64,000 bases of DNA from Tetramitus jugosus (GCA_937625935.1 OW569359.1:124001-188000); one strand, 5' to 3'. Shown: positions 1-11,807, counted from the stretch's first letter. Numbers and translations: made by a program. Notes: generated by a model from the letters alone, not told the origin.

Positions 1-402
1 CGACGCAATGTCGCTGCCAACAGAGACAACAACACCTGAAATTTCATATCCCATGACAAAGCCCAGCGTGTTGTTACTGTTATTGTTCCCTTGATTTTTG
101 GGAGATGTGAGAAAGGAGAACATGCCCTTACGCACTTGAATATCAAGATGACTAACAGCACAAGACTTTACTTGAATGACAAGTTGATTGGCATTGTGGT
201 GAAGGTGATCAACGGGAACATGATGACTCGAAGCTTTCTGGTGATGTTGCCATATCGATGATGATTTTTGGTGATCACCACCACTTTTGCTTGTGGAAGC
301 AGAAGAAGCTTTTTTGATCTTGTTGTGGGTGCCGCTTCTGGAGCTAACATAGTGGAGTTGATCCACCGATCCATAAGCTTGCAAAATGACACTTCTTTGC
401 AT
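1..402 (-). CDS. MDR-family (quinone oxidoreductase/alcohol dehydrogenase-like) protein, N-terminal part, runs off the window edge
   Basis: Own translation from ATG 402: MQRSVILQAYGSVDQLHY...QLVIQVKSCAVSHLDIQVRKG...FVMGYEISGVVVSVGSDI, matching the GroES-like MDR N-terminal pattern. Not in the ORF track because it is open at the edge. Confidence 0.8.
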   Translation of the reverse strand, partial: MQRSVILQAYGSVDQLHYVSSRSGTHNKIKKASSASTSKSGGDHQKSSSIWQHHQKASSHHVPVDHLHHNANQLVIQVKSCAVSHLDIQVRKGMFSFLTSPKNQGNNNSNNTLGFVMGYEISGVVVSVGSDIAS

Positions 403-818
403 GTCTGTGTGAGCGGAAATTTTTCCAAAGAACTTTGCTGCCAAAGTTTGTGTGGGGTGCGCACTTCTTTTCTTATCGCTCCGTCACTTTTCAGTTCTCA
501 GCAAAAGAAAGGATATGGAGCTACCCACCATGCAGCAGTAGATGATAGTTTCCAAGCCAGCCAACTATCCAACTGGGAGTGATCAGCTTAAAATTGTCGA
601 GTCGTTTACGACCGGAAACAAATCGTTGGCTCTGAAATGGCAAACGATGTCAAGAAACTACCTAAAAACCCGCACCAAATCGTCACATGTCACAACTTTG
701 ACCCAACAGGAAGAAAGTGCGTGCGACTGGGGTGGGCTTGGCAAGATCCTTGTGTGGGCTACTACTAGAAACAAAACTTTCGTGGGTGTGGGAGTTCGTC
801 TTTCAAAACAAAATCGTC

Positions 819-3800
819 ATGTTATCGTCTATCCAAAGATTTTCAGTTCTCTTCTGGGGATTCTGCTGTTGTTCTCTGTTGGTGTTGTCATTGGTTAATG
901 TGCTGGCTGTATCTCAGGTGGCAGCTGTTGCCACTAAAGGTTCGTTTGGAAACGTTCGATTTCCTTATCGCTCACACAGCTTTGGTATGACGGGTGAGAT
1001 CTCTTTTGATCTGTATAACCAATCATCCATCTTCATGAGTGGTCAGCCGCTCATTGAAATGTCTTTGGATCCTGCTCTCAACAATATTACCTCCGTGTTT
1101 TTAACAAAGTTTAACAACGAGTTGAACTCATACGAGTGGCTCGTATCATTCAACAAGGCTGACCATGTTAAAATTTATGGCGTAAAGGCAGTTGACTCTG
1201 AGAATGTCCTTGTCTTGGGTGTTTATTCGAAAAAGGTGGACATGTATGGCTTCAATGATTCCTCTGTGATTGATAATAACATGTTTCTGGCAAAGCATGG
1301 ACCTATGGGTCAAGTGATTTGGGCCGAGTCCTCATTCCGAGGCTCAGGTATAGTTCCAGGTGATATCAAGGTTGATGAGACGGATGGCTCTATTTTCGTT
1401 TCTGGTTACTTCTACGGTAGTGTCAATTTCACATCTACCTTCCAAGATCCATATTCCTCAAACAATAGATTGTTTGTGGCCAAGTTTTCTTCCACAGGAG
1501 AGTATGAATGGGTAGTCACTAGCAATGCTATCGATGGTACATTCATTGATACAAGTTCTGACGTAGTCTATATCGGAGGTTTATTTGGATTCGATGCTGA
1601 TTTTGGACAACATAGGTTGACAAGTAACACCAGCAACGTCAATGCCTTCGTTGGAATGTTGAACAAAACTGATGGTGAGTGGCTAGGAGTTGTCAGTCTC
1701 GCAGGTGATTATGACACTTATGTCAGGGGAATGATTGTAAACTCAGTGGGAAATGTGTATGTGGACTTACAATCATGGCCTGAAAAAGATAGAGCGGATA
1801 CAAAGTTGATTCGACTAAATAGCAATCTTGGTAACAGACAAGATTTGATTGAGAAAAAGAATCAAGTTCTATCATGGGAAAAATGTGGACTAGCTCTGGC
1901 ATCCAATGATAACGTTCTTCTGTTATCTGTTGCTAATTCTGACAAGGACCCTTCAGTTGGACCATATACTCAAACAACCACTTCTTATGATTCAAGTGGA
2001 GTTGAGAAGTGGACTGCTTCTATCAGATCCGATTTCATACAGAAGAGTCATATCAGAGTTGGGGTTGACGGATCGATGTTCATCTATGGATTTGTTAGGG
2101 GAGCTTCTTCGTTTGAATCTCAATACATTGACCCAAGCGCGGGAGGTGCTATCGCATACTTGGCTGAGACCCTCTCCACACCGGAGTATAACTGCTTTGG
2201 TACTCCATCGTACAATAGAGCCACTTGCAGCGGACTCGGAAAGTGTGTCGGAAACGACGTATGTTCATGTAAATCAAAAGTGTTTGGTGCCAATTGTGAT
2301 AGTTTCCAATGCTTTAGCAAATGGAATAATGAGAGTAGTGTCTGCAATGGCCAGGGTGGTTGTGTTGATCACAATACTTGCAAGTGTAATTCCAAGTACT
2401 ACGGACTAGAGTGTGATTATGAAATATTCGACATTACAATCGAGTCGAACCACAAGAAAACTTTGTTCAACAGACAACAATCCCTATTGGCAACAGGTAC
2501 TTTCGATCCACCAAGCAGAATTACCAATTTCGGTTTTGAATGGACATTGGAGAGATCTGGTGTTGTCCAAGACATTTCAAAGTTTTTGAAAGAAGGACAG
2601 AGTAACATCATGAGAACTATATCATTCAAAGAAGGATCCTTGCAACCTAATTCTCTCTATCATTTAAGATTGAACACAACAGCCAAGGCAAACCTAAAGA
2701 ATGTGAAGCAAGCAGAGATAATTATTCAAACCAGCTCTCCTCCTGGAAGTGGTTCATTTACTGTCACTTCTCTAAATCAAGGAAGAGTGTTGGTAGATTT
2801 ATTTGATTTTGTGGCAAATGGTTGGCTCTCGAGTGAAACTCCCAACACATTGGAGTACAGATATGGTTATTTTGATGACAAGGGAAGAAAGCTCTGGCTC
2901 AACTCTTTCTCTCAAAACACTCGTCTCATGGTCTCTATTCCAGTCAGTGGAAGTATCAAAACGGTGGTTCAAGTGAGATCGTACTATGGCGAGGTTGCTG
3001 AGGTTACAAAGACTATTGCGGTCATGACTTCCAACTCTGCTGATCTTCAACAAAGCTTGCAAACCAACCAACAAGTACTCTCTCAAGGAAATTCGACTGC
3101 TGTTGAGACCTCTCTTGCTCTAATATCATCCATGCTAAACTCTGAGATACTTGGATCCAACGCTACAGTCTCTCTTATCAACATTTTGGTTGACTCAATC
3201 GTCAATCGAGAGAATGATATCTCTGTTGACTCGAGAGTTCAAACGATTCGATTAATAGCAGATAAGATCCAATCCATGAAAGAAGAACAGATCATCCAAG
3301 TAGCAACATTGACTCTAAACGTACTTCAGAAGACTGATGACATTGACCAAGAGATTCTTGAGCAATTGCTGGAAACTGCAAAGAACTTGGCATCAGTCAT
3401 GATTGGAAGCGGTAGTACGAGTGACCAAATGAGTGTATTCAGAGAGCTCTTAGATCACATAAGTAAGGAGATTCGTGCGACAATGATTGAAGGACAAACT
3501 GAGAGTGTTTCCATGCCTAACGTCGAAACAACAACCTCAAGAATTGGAAGAACAGAAAATTCCCTGGGTCAGACAAACACTACAATCCAAGTCGCTGTTC
3601 CAGGATCCAAATCATCCACAGATCAAACCATTTTTGTGCGTATCATTAACTCTGTGTTGGTGAGTGAGAAGAACTTGCCCGAGGAACCATCTGTATTCGT
3701 TCAAGGACAATCTTTCGCTCACGGTTCAGGTTCTGAGCAATATCCTAGCGAATGTAATACCAAATTGGCATCACCAAGATTGACTCTGCAATTATTCAAT

Positions 3801-4310
3801 GAGAAACAAGCGAAAGTGGATAGCTCGACAACAGAACCAGCATTCTTAACCAAATTGCCAGTGCCAGAAAGTCTTTCACCAAGCAACACATCATTCAGCT
3901 ATGTTTGCAAATACTTTAATGGATCGTCCTGGGTCAATGATACTAGTGTTTGTTCAACTGAGCACTCAGAGAGTGACATCAGGAGCGATGGCAGTGAGCA
4001 GCATTACGTTCTCTGTAGTTGCTCAAGACCAGTGCAGCACGCAGTTGCTTTGGACTACGTTCAATCATCAGAGGATATCGTAGAGGACGTATGCATGAAT
4101 CCTTGCGGTTGTGGACAGCGAAAACAGAAACCAGGACTCGCAGCTTGGGCCATTGCACTGATTGTGCTTGCTTGTTGTTCTGTTGTTCTGATCGTTGTTG
4201 TTGTATCAGTGCTCCTACTCATCTTGGTATCCTCAAAGGCCGGATTCATCAGCAAGAGTTCAAACCTGGAGATTGAAGCGCGAGAGTTAGGTGTTATCCA
4301 GCAAAAATGA
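819..4310 (+). CDS. Single-pass surface protein: beta-propeller-like repeats, EGF-like repeats, REJ-like domain, degenerate GPS-like motif, C-terminal TM
   Basis: Hydrophobic N-terminus from ATG 819; EGF-type CSGLGKC..C.C...FGANC repeats; REJ-like PPGSGSFTVT..G..L.D.F.F.A.GW...LEYRY; CKYFNGSSW...C...CSC; TM segment AWAIALIVLACCSVVLIVVVVSVLLLILV. Confidence 0.75.
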   Translation: MLSSIQRFSVLFWGFCCCSLLVLSLVNVLAVSQVAAVATKGSFGNVRFPYRSHSFGMTGEISFDLYNQSSIFMSGQPLIEMSLDPALNNITSVFLTKFNNELNSYEWLVSFNKADHVKIYGVKAVDSENVLVLGVYSKKVDMYGFNDSSVIDNNMFLAKHGPMGQVIWAESSFRGSGIVPGDIKVDETDGSIFVSGYFYGSVNFTSTFQDPYSSNNRLFVAKFSSTGEYEWVVTSNAIDGTFIDTSSDVVYIGGLFGFDADFGQHRLTSNTSNVNAFVGMLNKTDGEWLGVVSLAGDYDTYVRGMIVNSVGNVYVDLQSWPEKDRADTKLIRLNSNLGNRQDLIEKKNQVLSWEKCGLALASNDNVLLLSVANSDKDPSVGPYTQTTTSYDSSGVEKWTASIRSDFIQKSHIRVGVDGSMFIYGFVRGASSFESQYIDPSAGGAIAYLAETLSTPEYNCFGTPSYNRATCSGLGKCVGNDVCSCKSKVFGANCDSFQCFSKWNNESSVCNGQGGCVDHNTCKCNSKYYGLECDYEIFDITIESNHKKTLFNRQQSLLATGTFDPPSRITNFGFEWTLERSGVVQDISKFLKEGQSNIMRTISFKEGSLQPNSLYHLRLNTTAKANLKNVKQAEIIIQTSSPPGSGSFTVTSLNQGRVLVDLFDFVANGWLSSETPNTLEYRYGYFDDKGRKLWLNSFSQNTRLMVSIPVSGSIKTVVQVRSYYGEVAEVTKTIAVMTSNSADLQQSLQTNQQVLSQGNSTAVETSLALISSMLNSEILGSNATVSLINILVDSIVNRENDISVDSRVQTIRLIADKIQSMKEEQIIQVATLTLNVLQKTDDIDQEILEQLLETAKNLASVMIGSGSTSDQMSVFRELLDHISKEIRATMIEGQTESVSMPNVETTTSRIGRTENSLGQTNTTIQVAVPGSKSSTDQTIFVRIINSVLVSEKNLPEEPSVFVQGQSFAHGSGSEQYPSECNTKLASPRLTLQLFNEKQAKVDSSTTEPAFLTKLPVPESLSPSNTSFSYVCKYFNGSSWVNDTSVCSTEHSESDIRSDGSEQHYVLCSCSRPVQHAVALDYVQSSEDIVEDVCMNPCGCGQRKQKPGLAAWAIALIVLACCSVVLIVVVVSVLLLILVSSKAGFISKSSNLEIEARELGVIQQK

Positions 4311-4333
4311 GCACCATAAATTTATTGGTTGAC

Positions 4334-5836
4334 TTAATAAAAGGTTTCAATGTGTTCATCACACTTGGCATGCTCGTACTCGTAGTCAAGATGAACGTAG
4401 CATCTCTCTACCTCATCCAACTTTTCAATCTTCTTTTGTAACTGCTCGCCAATGTCATGAGCCTCCTTTAATGGCATATCCTCTGGCAGGACAATATCAA
4501 CTTCAACGTACTTGTTCATTCCAAGATACCAGGACTGAACCGTGTCAACCTTTAGGATATCCTTGTGATGATTCAGAGCGACATATGTCACCTTCTTCAT
4601 GAAATCAGACTCTGCAACTTGACCAATCAACTTTTGAATGTGCTCCATGCTCTGCATGATCCATGAATAGATAATGTAACAACTGAGAAGAATGGCAACC
4701 AAAGGATCCAACCACCACACCCACTTACTCACCAACAGAGCAGCCAACAGGAATGAATTGGTCAACAAATCATTTCTGTGATCGAAGGCATAGGCTTGAA
4801 CACTAGGGCTGTGCTTGCAACGCTTACACACTTGCCACAAAAGGCCCTTGACAATGGCCGTAAACGCCAAAACAGCCATTCCAGAATAGTAGAATATTCT
4901 CTGGGCCTTCTTGCTTCCAAAACTCAAAAATTGATTGTTTGTTGGATCACCGTTCCATCGAATCAATGGAGAACCGTCAATAAATCCTTGAATAATGTCT
5001 TGAAATCCTTGACGCACAATCTGAAGTGCCGCAGTAGCCATGACGGATGCAAAAATGATGAAACCCAACGGTTCCAATCGACTCTTTCCCATGGGGTAAT
5101 TGTGTCTGTCATGCTTTGCTTGTTTTGAGATTCGATTTGTAATAAACAAGATCAATCCACTCAACAAGTCCAAAAAAGAGTCCAATGCACTCGTAATCAC
5201 AGACAGAGACATGCTAGTGACTGAAGCAGTCAATTTCAAGCCAAACAAGCAAACATTGATCCAAAATGAACCATGTAAACAGTAATGTTCATATTTTAGC
5301 CAATACGGAGAAATTCCACGTTGATTGACTTCTTCATCCACCTCGATAACTTCTGTTGTGGATGATAGCTTCTTACTATTCTCAGCATGAGGATCCTGAT
5401 TCTTGTTGAGTCTACTCTTGAGTTGTCTCTTACTGTCTCTAAAAGAAGCTTCATTTTCCAATTCAATTTCTTCTAATTCTCCGCTATTGGCGCCAATCAT
5501 TGTCGGAGTAGCCAAAGATGGATCTTGTTCCGACAGGGGTTGAGAAAGAGGAGGAGCGACAGAAGAAGCATCATCATCAGACATGTGAGGTTCTTGATAG
5601 TGATGCTCAACCATGAGGTTCTGATAGTCCTTGACCAGTTCATTCTGTTGTTCATAAAATTCTCTCACCGCAGACTTCTTTTTTTCAAAGTCGCTCTCTG
5701 GAACCAGGATAAACTTTTTGAGCGGGAAAGTCCATGTGAGAGAACCGTTTTCTTGTTGTTCACGTTGAATGAGGTCTAGTGGAGTAGTGGTTTCAACACT
5801 GGTGGAAGTGTTATTGGTGGTGTTGGTGTTGGACAT
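4334..5836 (-). CDS. Cation diffusion facilitator (MTP8/11-like, Mn-CDF) transporter
   Basis: SALDSFLDLLSG, YPMGKSRLEPLG, AFDHRNDLLTN and EVDIVLPEDMPLKEAHDIGEQLQKKIEKLDEVERCYVHLDYE. First ATG at 5836. Confidence 0.92.
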   Translation of the reverse strand: MSNTNTTNNTSTSVETTTPLDLIQREQQENGSLTWTFPLKKFILVPESDFEKKKSAVREFYEQQNELVKDYQNLMVEHHYQEPHMSDDDASSVAPPLSQPLSEQDPSLATPTMIGANSGELEEIELENEASFRDSKRQLKSRLNKNQDPHAENSKKLSSTTEVIEVDEEVNQRGISPYWLKYEHYCLHGSFWINVCLFGLKLTASVTSMSLSVITSALDSFLDLLSGLILFITNRISKQAKHDRHNYPMGKSRLEPLGFIIFASVMATAALQIVRQGFQDIIQGFIDGSPLIRWNGDPTNNQFLSFGSKKAQRIFYYSGMAVLAFTAIVKGLLWQVCKRCKHSPSVQAYAFDHRNDLLTNSFLLAALLVSKWVWWLDPLVAILLSCYIIYSWIMQSMEHIQKLIGQVAESDFMKKVTYVALNHHKDILKVDTVQSWYLGMNKYVEVDIVLPEDMPLKEAHDIGEQLQKKIEKLDEVERCYVHLDYEYEHAKCDEHIETFY

Positions 5837-6284
5837 GTGAAAAGGAGTGTTCTCGTTATTTTTTTCAAAATGGACACTTGTAGAGAAAGCTTCCTTCACT
5901 GTCTGGTTACAGAGTGGGCGGGGTTGCGTGAGGAGGGGTTATGCGCAAGGGCAATTTTCTCGCAATGAAAGACTCGGATATTTTCCATTTTTTTGTTGTC
6001 TGGGCCTCCGATTTAATCGGTGATATTGATCTGAGAGGAGTAATTAGGAAGTTTCAATGATAGAGGCAGTTATCTTAGACGATGCACAGACTGCTAACAT
6101 GTTCATGGTTGTGCATCACTCAACAATTGTACTTGTATTCATGGCATTTCTTGACATGAATGTGAGACTGTAACGGTTTTTTGGTGGCGGAGTAACACGG
6201 CCGTTTCGACAAAGACTACGACATCCAAAACAAACCCGTTCTCCTTCCCCGTTTTTTTAATGGTTGTTCTGAGAGAAGAAGTAC

Positions 6285-7912
6285 ATGGTAATCACAGCGA
6301 TAGATAAAAAGTTTTCCAATCGAAAATTGAATGAAACAAAATCTATGCCTCTCTTCTCTTCCCCTTCAACAATGACTCAACCTCCCAGCCCACTGAGAAC
6401 ACCCTCAAAGCATGCTAGTTCGCAATCTCCAATAGTTGAAGTGACCCATAGTACAAAGAGTTATACCAGAGTTGAGCGAGAGGTTATGACACATGAGTCT
6501 CCGAGATTTCTAAAACAGGAAAGTACTTGTCAACAACACTCACAACACACCTTTTGGGACCGGGTGGAGAAGGATTTTACCTGCGTGCTTTCAGAGACCG
6601 ACCACTTATTCGAACTATTTTTTCTATGGTTGTTGATGGAGCAAGAAGAAGAGAGGTCCCATACGCATCATTCACAATTTTCGAGATTACAACAAAACAA
6701 CAGGAAAAGAAACAATAGCTACCAAAAAACAACGATATTAATTTATGAGGAAGCTTTTATTCAAATTGTAACATATTTTCAGGCTATTATTCAACAGCAA
6801 GTGAAGGAGGAGCGAATGATTTTTAAATGGAGCGAATACAAGCTGCTTGACACATTTGATACTTTGGACACACTGGATTGTGGACAAGTAACAAAGGAGT
6901 CAGTGTTTCTTATCCTGTGTACGATAGCAGCAACCAATGGATACATGGTTCTCCCCGTTATGTAAGTAGTGTCCCTGACACAATCTCGTTCGGTTTCACA
7001 TTCGTTGCGTACAAACTCACTTTCATGGTAGGGACAATTTTGGTCACACAATTTTTAAGCTTATGGGTGGAGAGTGGTTACAATCATTGCGGACATACTC
7101 CAACTCGCATGATGAAAGTAAGCAGATCCCTGTTCACAGAGCTAGAATGTTTGCCTACATTTTAGGAGTGAACGACTTGCTGTTCAATAGAACTCTTAAA
7201 CAGCTAAACATTAATGGATCAAAATCTATTGGTTATCTGGTAAGTGAATTAACTTTTTCACTTTACTCTTGTTCAACTACTAACTCTTGTTCAGTCGTTT
7301 GAGCAAATATTCCTCTGTTTGTTCGAGGACAAACCCAATGAGTTTCAAGCAGAAGAGGAGAATCGACTGTGGAGTCACGACTCTCCTGTAGCAAACGAAC
7401 GTTTTCTTAATGAATGCGAGCGGACAGAACCTCCTGACACACCAACTCGGCATCGAGGTTCATTGAACCCTCAACGAGTGGATAAAACTCCACGAAAAAA
7501 GGAGGAGATAGAACAAACATACACACCCTATGAAGGATATGAAGGAGTGACGCCCAATTCTCCTGACCACTCAGTTTTAAGTTTAATTCGAGTAAGGTCT
7601 AAGCAGATGAAAACTCCGAATCAATCAATTTGTGAGATACAGGAAAGGAATCGAACCGACGCGAACAATACTGATTCAATTGAAACTCCGAATGACAGCT
7701 GTCTACCCCAAAATGAAACCGTTCTGCTATCTCCTAAAGCTCTGAACGCATGGGCAAAGGACAGATTTTCAATCGATGAGGAGAGTGAGAACACTGAGAA
7801 CTTTATCATTATCAAGCGAGGACGTTTTCATCGCTCTAATAAGTATAGAGCGATAACACCCAACACTTACCTAGGTAAGGGAAAATGCGGAAGAAATTGT
7901 AGTTTGATGTAA
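6285..7912 (+). CDS. EF-hand-like protein (EFCAB9-like), 3 exons: 6285-6961, 7032-7239, 7295-7912
   Basis: Introns 6962-7031 (GTAAGT...TAG) and 7240-7294 (GTAAGT...TACTAAC...CAG) join three ORF-track fragments in frame. Degenerate EF-hand FDTLDTLDCGQVT; C-terminal CSLM is CaaX-like. Confidence 0.65.
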
Positions 7913-8420
7913 GATGCTACTGGTTTGACTAAATGTCGATGAATCGTCTGTCGAACCATCCAAACATTTCAAATATGTATAGCGAGGTCTCTATTTTTGA
8001 GGTCTCCCCTGCCTCATTTATCGGATTCGAGTTTGACGGATACCACATAGAGAAAAATTGGACCACACGCAAGTTTCATGAAGCATCCCCTTGACTCCCC
8101 CAGGTGTGGGTGTACTGGGGTAAGCTTTACCTAAGCGGCATAGTATTCGAACTATTGAGGTTGTCGTTTTTTGCGCAACAACAACACCCAATCAAACACA
8201 CGAAGTAACCTATCTCACCTACCACAACTACTACTGCCACATAAGCTTTGATAGTTTTACTTTTACTAGTGGCACCTTTTTCTCTCTTTCTGTTGTTTGG
8301 ATCCCATCCCACTATTTTTCAGCTACACAGCACCTTATCGTATTTATTTTCTACAGAACCTACCTACTCCAATCAACAATTTTTTTGTATTCGCAGTTTT
8401 CCCAATAAGCAAACAACAGG

Positions 8421-10280
8421 ATGGTCAGCGCTCTCCAAAGTTCAAAGGCACAACAACGAAAAAGAAACCAAGTCAATACCATGGTCCAGAAGAAGAAGAA
8501 GAATACAACAACCAATAACAAGACAACAAGAAAAGGCAAAGAGAAGATCAAAGATGCTCCCACCGATCAACAGAAGAAGGAGAAGAGGAAGAAAAAGGTC
8601 ATGTCTGACGAAGAACTGAAAGTGTTTCTTGAAGTAATCGAGCTACAACAAAAGATGGAGGGTAAGATCAAGTGGACAGACATCAATAGGACTTACTTTC
8701 ATGGCAAGTTTAGTGCCAATTTCCTGTTTCAAAAGTTCAAGAGAACGATCAAACCTCAGGAACACAAGCTAACTTGGTGCGTCGAATCAGAATTAGAGCT
8801 CTTGTTGCTCGTGCCTCGATACACCTCTCAAGACAATGGTGAAATCTCGTGGGCCACCCTACTCAAAGAAGAGTTTTTTGACTCGGAAAGTATCAGCTGC
8901 ACACAACTGAACAACAAGTACAAGTCCATCTTGAAACCTACCAAGAAGAATACGTATCTCGAGAAAATGTTGCTCGAAATGACTGAGAAGGAAAAGAATC
9001 TACTGATGAGCACCAGGAGAACCATGAGAAGGCAAAGAGTGCTTTCGAAGGAGTTCATAAGCTTAAAGCAACCCAGAGTCCACGACAGTAACAGCAGCAG
9101 TAGCTCTCCTCAACAAAGAGTTCAACAAGCTGGTTTCAAGCCAAAAAATAACTCTTCAATAAACCAAAGAGAGACAAGAGCTAACAAGGCCAAACAGAAG
9201 GAACCTTCAAAGAGAGAAGCCAGCAGTAGAAACACTAACAGTGGACCACCACGTAGAAAGAGAAGGCTTGTTGTCGATGACAGTGAGACTGGTGAGTCCG
9301 ATTACGAAACAACACCAGAGACTAAGAAACCTGCGAAAAAGAAGAGCAAGACCTTCAGACACAGTGATGATGATGAAACAAGCAATGAATCATTGCGACC
9401 ACAGAGACAACAACACCAAAAAGTACAGGTCAACATAGAGAACAATAGAGAATCAGAGCAGAAGAGAGGAGAGCTCTACCGGCTTGATGAACCTACGCGC
9501 AGAGTAACAAGAAGCCAGATGGCAGCGAAAACTTGTCCAGACAAGTTCAATAAGATTAACTATTGTGAGAGCGAAGAAGAGGAGTTGTCAATGTCTGAAA
9601 ATGAGATGGATTACGAGTTGCCATCATTCAACGAAAATTCCTGCTGGCAAGAAGAAGAGGAGGAAGAAGAGGAGCAAGAACAGGAAGAAGAAGAAGTAGA
9701 AGTAGAGTTGCAAAGTGATGTTGTAACCACTTCTGAACCTTTCATTGAATCCAAGAGGGATGTCGAGAGAGAATACGATCAAATAACCAGTCTTGAGGAG
9801 GTGATTCATGAAGAAGAAGGGCAGAGAGAGGACCAACATTATGTTTTGCCTATTGCTGAGAGAGAAGAACCAGTTCTCGACTATGAACCATCACTTTTCG
9901 AGGGCAGCGATACTCCAGAGGATCACACACTCATTCATGACCCTGCTACTGATCTAACCAGGGAAGACATCTTTGGCGTAGGAGAGGAACTGAACATTGA
10001 ACATGATGAAGAACTTGGTAATCAGTTCATCTGGGATCTCAAGACAATGGATCCCATACCTGATGTTTGTTCTTTGGATAGTGAGATATCTGCCGTCGGG
10101 CTAAAACAACAACCAAAGGAACCAGGGACAAAAGAACAGAAGAAAGAACCATTCTGTGAGTATGACGACGAGGATGATGATCAGATTATTGGTGCAGATT
10201 ATTACAGTACTTCCTGTACTCCTATGACTGCCTACGGTTTTTCCGAGGACGAAATTTTGCACAGCGATCGATTTGACTAA
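8421..10280 (+). CDS. Putative nuclear protein with two divergent Myb/SANT-like repeats and an acidic tail
   Basis: 619-aa ORF; spaced Trp motifs (KIKWTDINR, LTWCVESELELLLLVPRY, ISWATLL); basic NLS-like patches; Glu-rich C-terminus. Confidence 0.55.
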   Translation: MVSALQSSKAQQRKRNQVNTMVQKKKKNTTTNNKTTRKGKEKIKDAPTDQQKKEKRKKKVMSDEELKVFLEVIELQQKMEGKIKWTDINRTYFHGKFSANFLFQKFKRTIKPQEHKLTWCVESELELLLLVPRYTSQDNGEISWATLLKEEFFDSESISCTQLNNKYKSILKPTKKNTYLEKMLLEMTEKEKNLLMSTRRTMRRQRVLSKEFISLKQPRVHDSNSSSSSPQQRVQQAGFKPKNNSSINQRETRANKAKQKEPSKREASSRNTNSGPPRRKRRLVVDDSETGESDYETTPETKKPAKKKSKTFRHSDDDETSNESLRPQRQQHQKVQVNIENNRESEQKRGELYRLDEPTRRVTRSQMAAKTCPDKFNKINYCESEEEELSMSENEMDYELPSFNENSCWQEEEEEEEEQEQEEEEVEVELQSDVVTTSEPFIESKRDVEREYDQITSLEEVIHEEEGQREDQHYVLPIAEREEPVLDYEPSLFEGSDTPEDHTLIHDPATDLTREDIFGVGEELNIEHDEELGNQFIWDLKTMDPIPDVCSLDSEISAVGLKQQPKEPGTKEQKKEPFCEYDDEDDDQIIGADYYSTSCTPMTAYGFSEDEILHSDRFD

Positions 10281-10323
10281 ATAAATTCAGCCATTTTTAT
10301 GTTGGGGAAAACAACACTTGAAC

Positions 10324-11617
10324 ATGCTGCGACAAAGAAGAACGAACAATGTTCGCTATGAAGGAGGAAATGATGATGATTATGGTTACGATCGGAGGAA
10401 TCAAGATGACGATGAAGATGACCGGATCATCAGACGAGAGTTCACCCAAAAAGTCAAACATGTTTCATTTTTGATCGCAGTGACACTGATCACCAATGGA
10501 ATTGAATCGGTGCATCTCGGAGTGTCAGATGTAGTACGATGGCTCTATTGGGTGCCAGACACAGCCTCTTCCATTTTCAATAACAACGAAGTGGCTCAAT
10601 ATCTCTTTGGAAGCTTATTTGTTCGTACACTTGTTCTTTAATGTTGGATTCATGTCGTCTGACGACCAGGTTTCTAACGCAGTTCCTATCTCTCAGATTT
10701 TTTATGCGAGTTTAATGTTGATATCTAGTCCACTTAATCTGTGTGTTCCACGAAAGCTGAGAAGACTATTGGGTGCTGATTTTGTGCTTCTCAAGGTCGT
10801 ATGGTTCTTTGTGATTCTGTTCCTCTTGCTCCGAAGTGTCTGGTGGAAGGGGTATGACTTGGAGTTTATGACACCAGTTTATAAGTTTATGTATTATGTG
10901 GCATCAAGTTCCTACATACTTATTCAAGCATCACTCGTGTTAGAAGCATTGTTCAAGTGGAACAAGCTATGGACAGAGAAGGATGACTATTCTTGGAACG
11001 CTACTCAACTCATATCATTCTCATCTCTGTTTATCATTTTATCGTTTGTGATTTCAACGGTGCAAATGATGCTCTATACAGGTACATCTCGAGTGCCATA
11101 TGGAATTAGTGGGATCAATCTACTTTCCGCTCTCGTATACATTGCTCTCTCAATTTATGTGGATCATGGATCCTTGTTCACAAGTTCTGGTGTCATGCTC
11201 TACTCGAGTGTTCTCTGCTATTCTGGAGTGATATCATACTATAGCCATCTTGTCAAAGATAGAGGAAATGTAAGCTCAATGTCTCTTATGGCTCAGTGGA
11301 TTGATTTTGGGCTGCATTACTGTGTGACTGGTTTATTCAGCGTTCTATTTCTCAGCTATTGCCTGGTTGGAGATACTCAGATTGAACGATTCATTTCCAT
11401 GGTCTCAGGTGAAAAAGAAGTTGTTGAACTGTCCTCTAGCTCCTATACATTATTTCATGGAGTTATGATGTTGGCTACTGGGTTCTGTTATACAATCAAA
11501 TACGGAATCAGTTCTCAGCTTTTCTATGTGCAAGTTGGAGCTGCTACGCTCGTTGTGGCGTTGTACACCTGGTCTCTCCTAGCGCCAAGTCTTCTTCAGG
11601 ACCGAGATTTTTCATGA
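10324..11617 (+). CDS. Serine incorporator (Serinc/TMS) family membrane protein, 2 exons: 10324-10620, 10670-11617
   Basis: A 49-nt intron at 10621-10669 (GTTCGT...CTGAC...CAG) joins the two ORFs in frame. Serinc motifs YILIQASLVLE..KWN..W, SYTLFHGVMMLA and LYTWSLLAPSLLQDRDFS. Confidence 0.85.
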
Positions 11618-11807
11618 GCACGTTCTTCCTACTTAAATATTTGGCCTAAATTTCAAAGTGACGCCCAACTTTTCACTGCCTTGCGAGCGAAGTGTTGTTT
11701 AATACAACCAACTCCTTTTCATTTGTGTTCTGGCTCTAGGAGGAACATCCTTGCTCGAACGGCGGTGAATCGCGGCCAAAATGACCCATTCTACGGAATC
11801 CATGCAC

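Noticed and set aside
7980-8130. Possible snRNA: GAGGTCTC direct repeat, ATTTTTG Sm-like site, faint U6-like CACACGCAAGTTTCATGAAGC, CCCCAG/CTGGGG hairpin
   Set aside because: No ACAGAGA box or other diagnostic snRNA motif; cannot be supported without an Rfam cmscan.
10590-10670. Apparent frameshift between the two Serinc ORFs
   Set aside because: Explained by a 49-nt GT-AG intron (10621-10669) with a CTGAC branch site.
11690-11807. GC-richer stretch upstream of tRNA-Thr as a second ncRNA
   Set aside because: No cloverleaf, box motifs or convincing stems.
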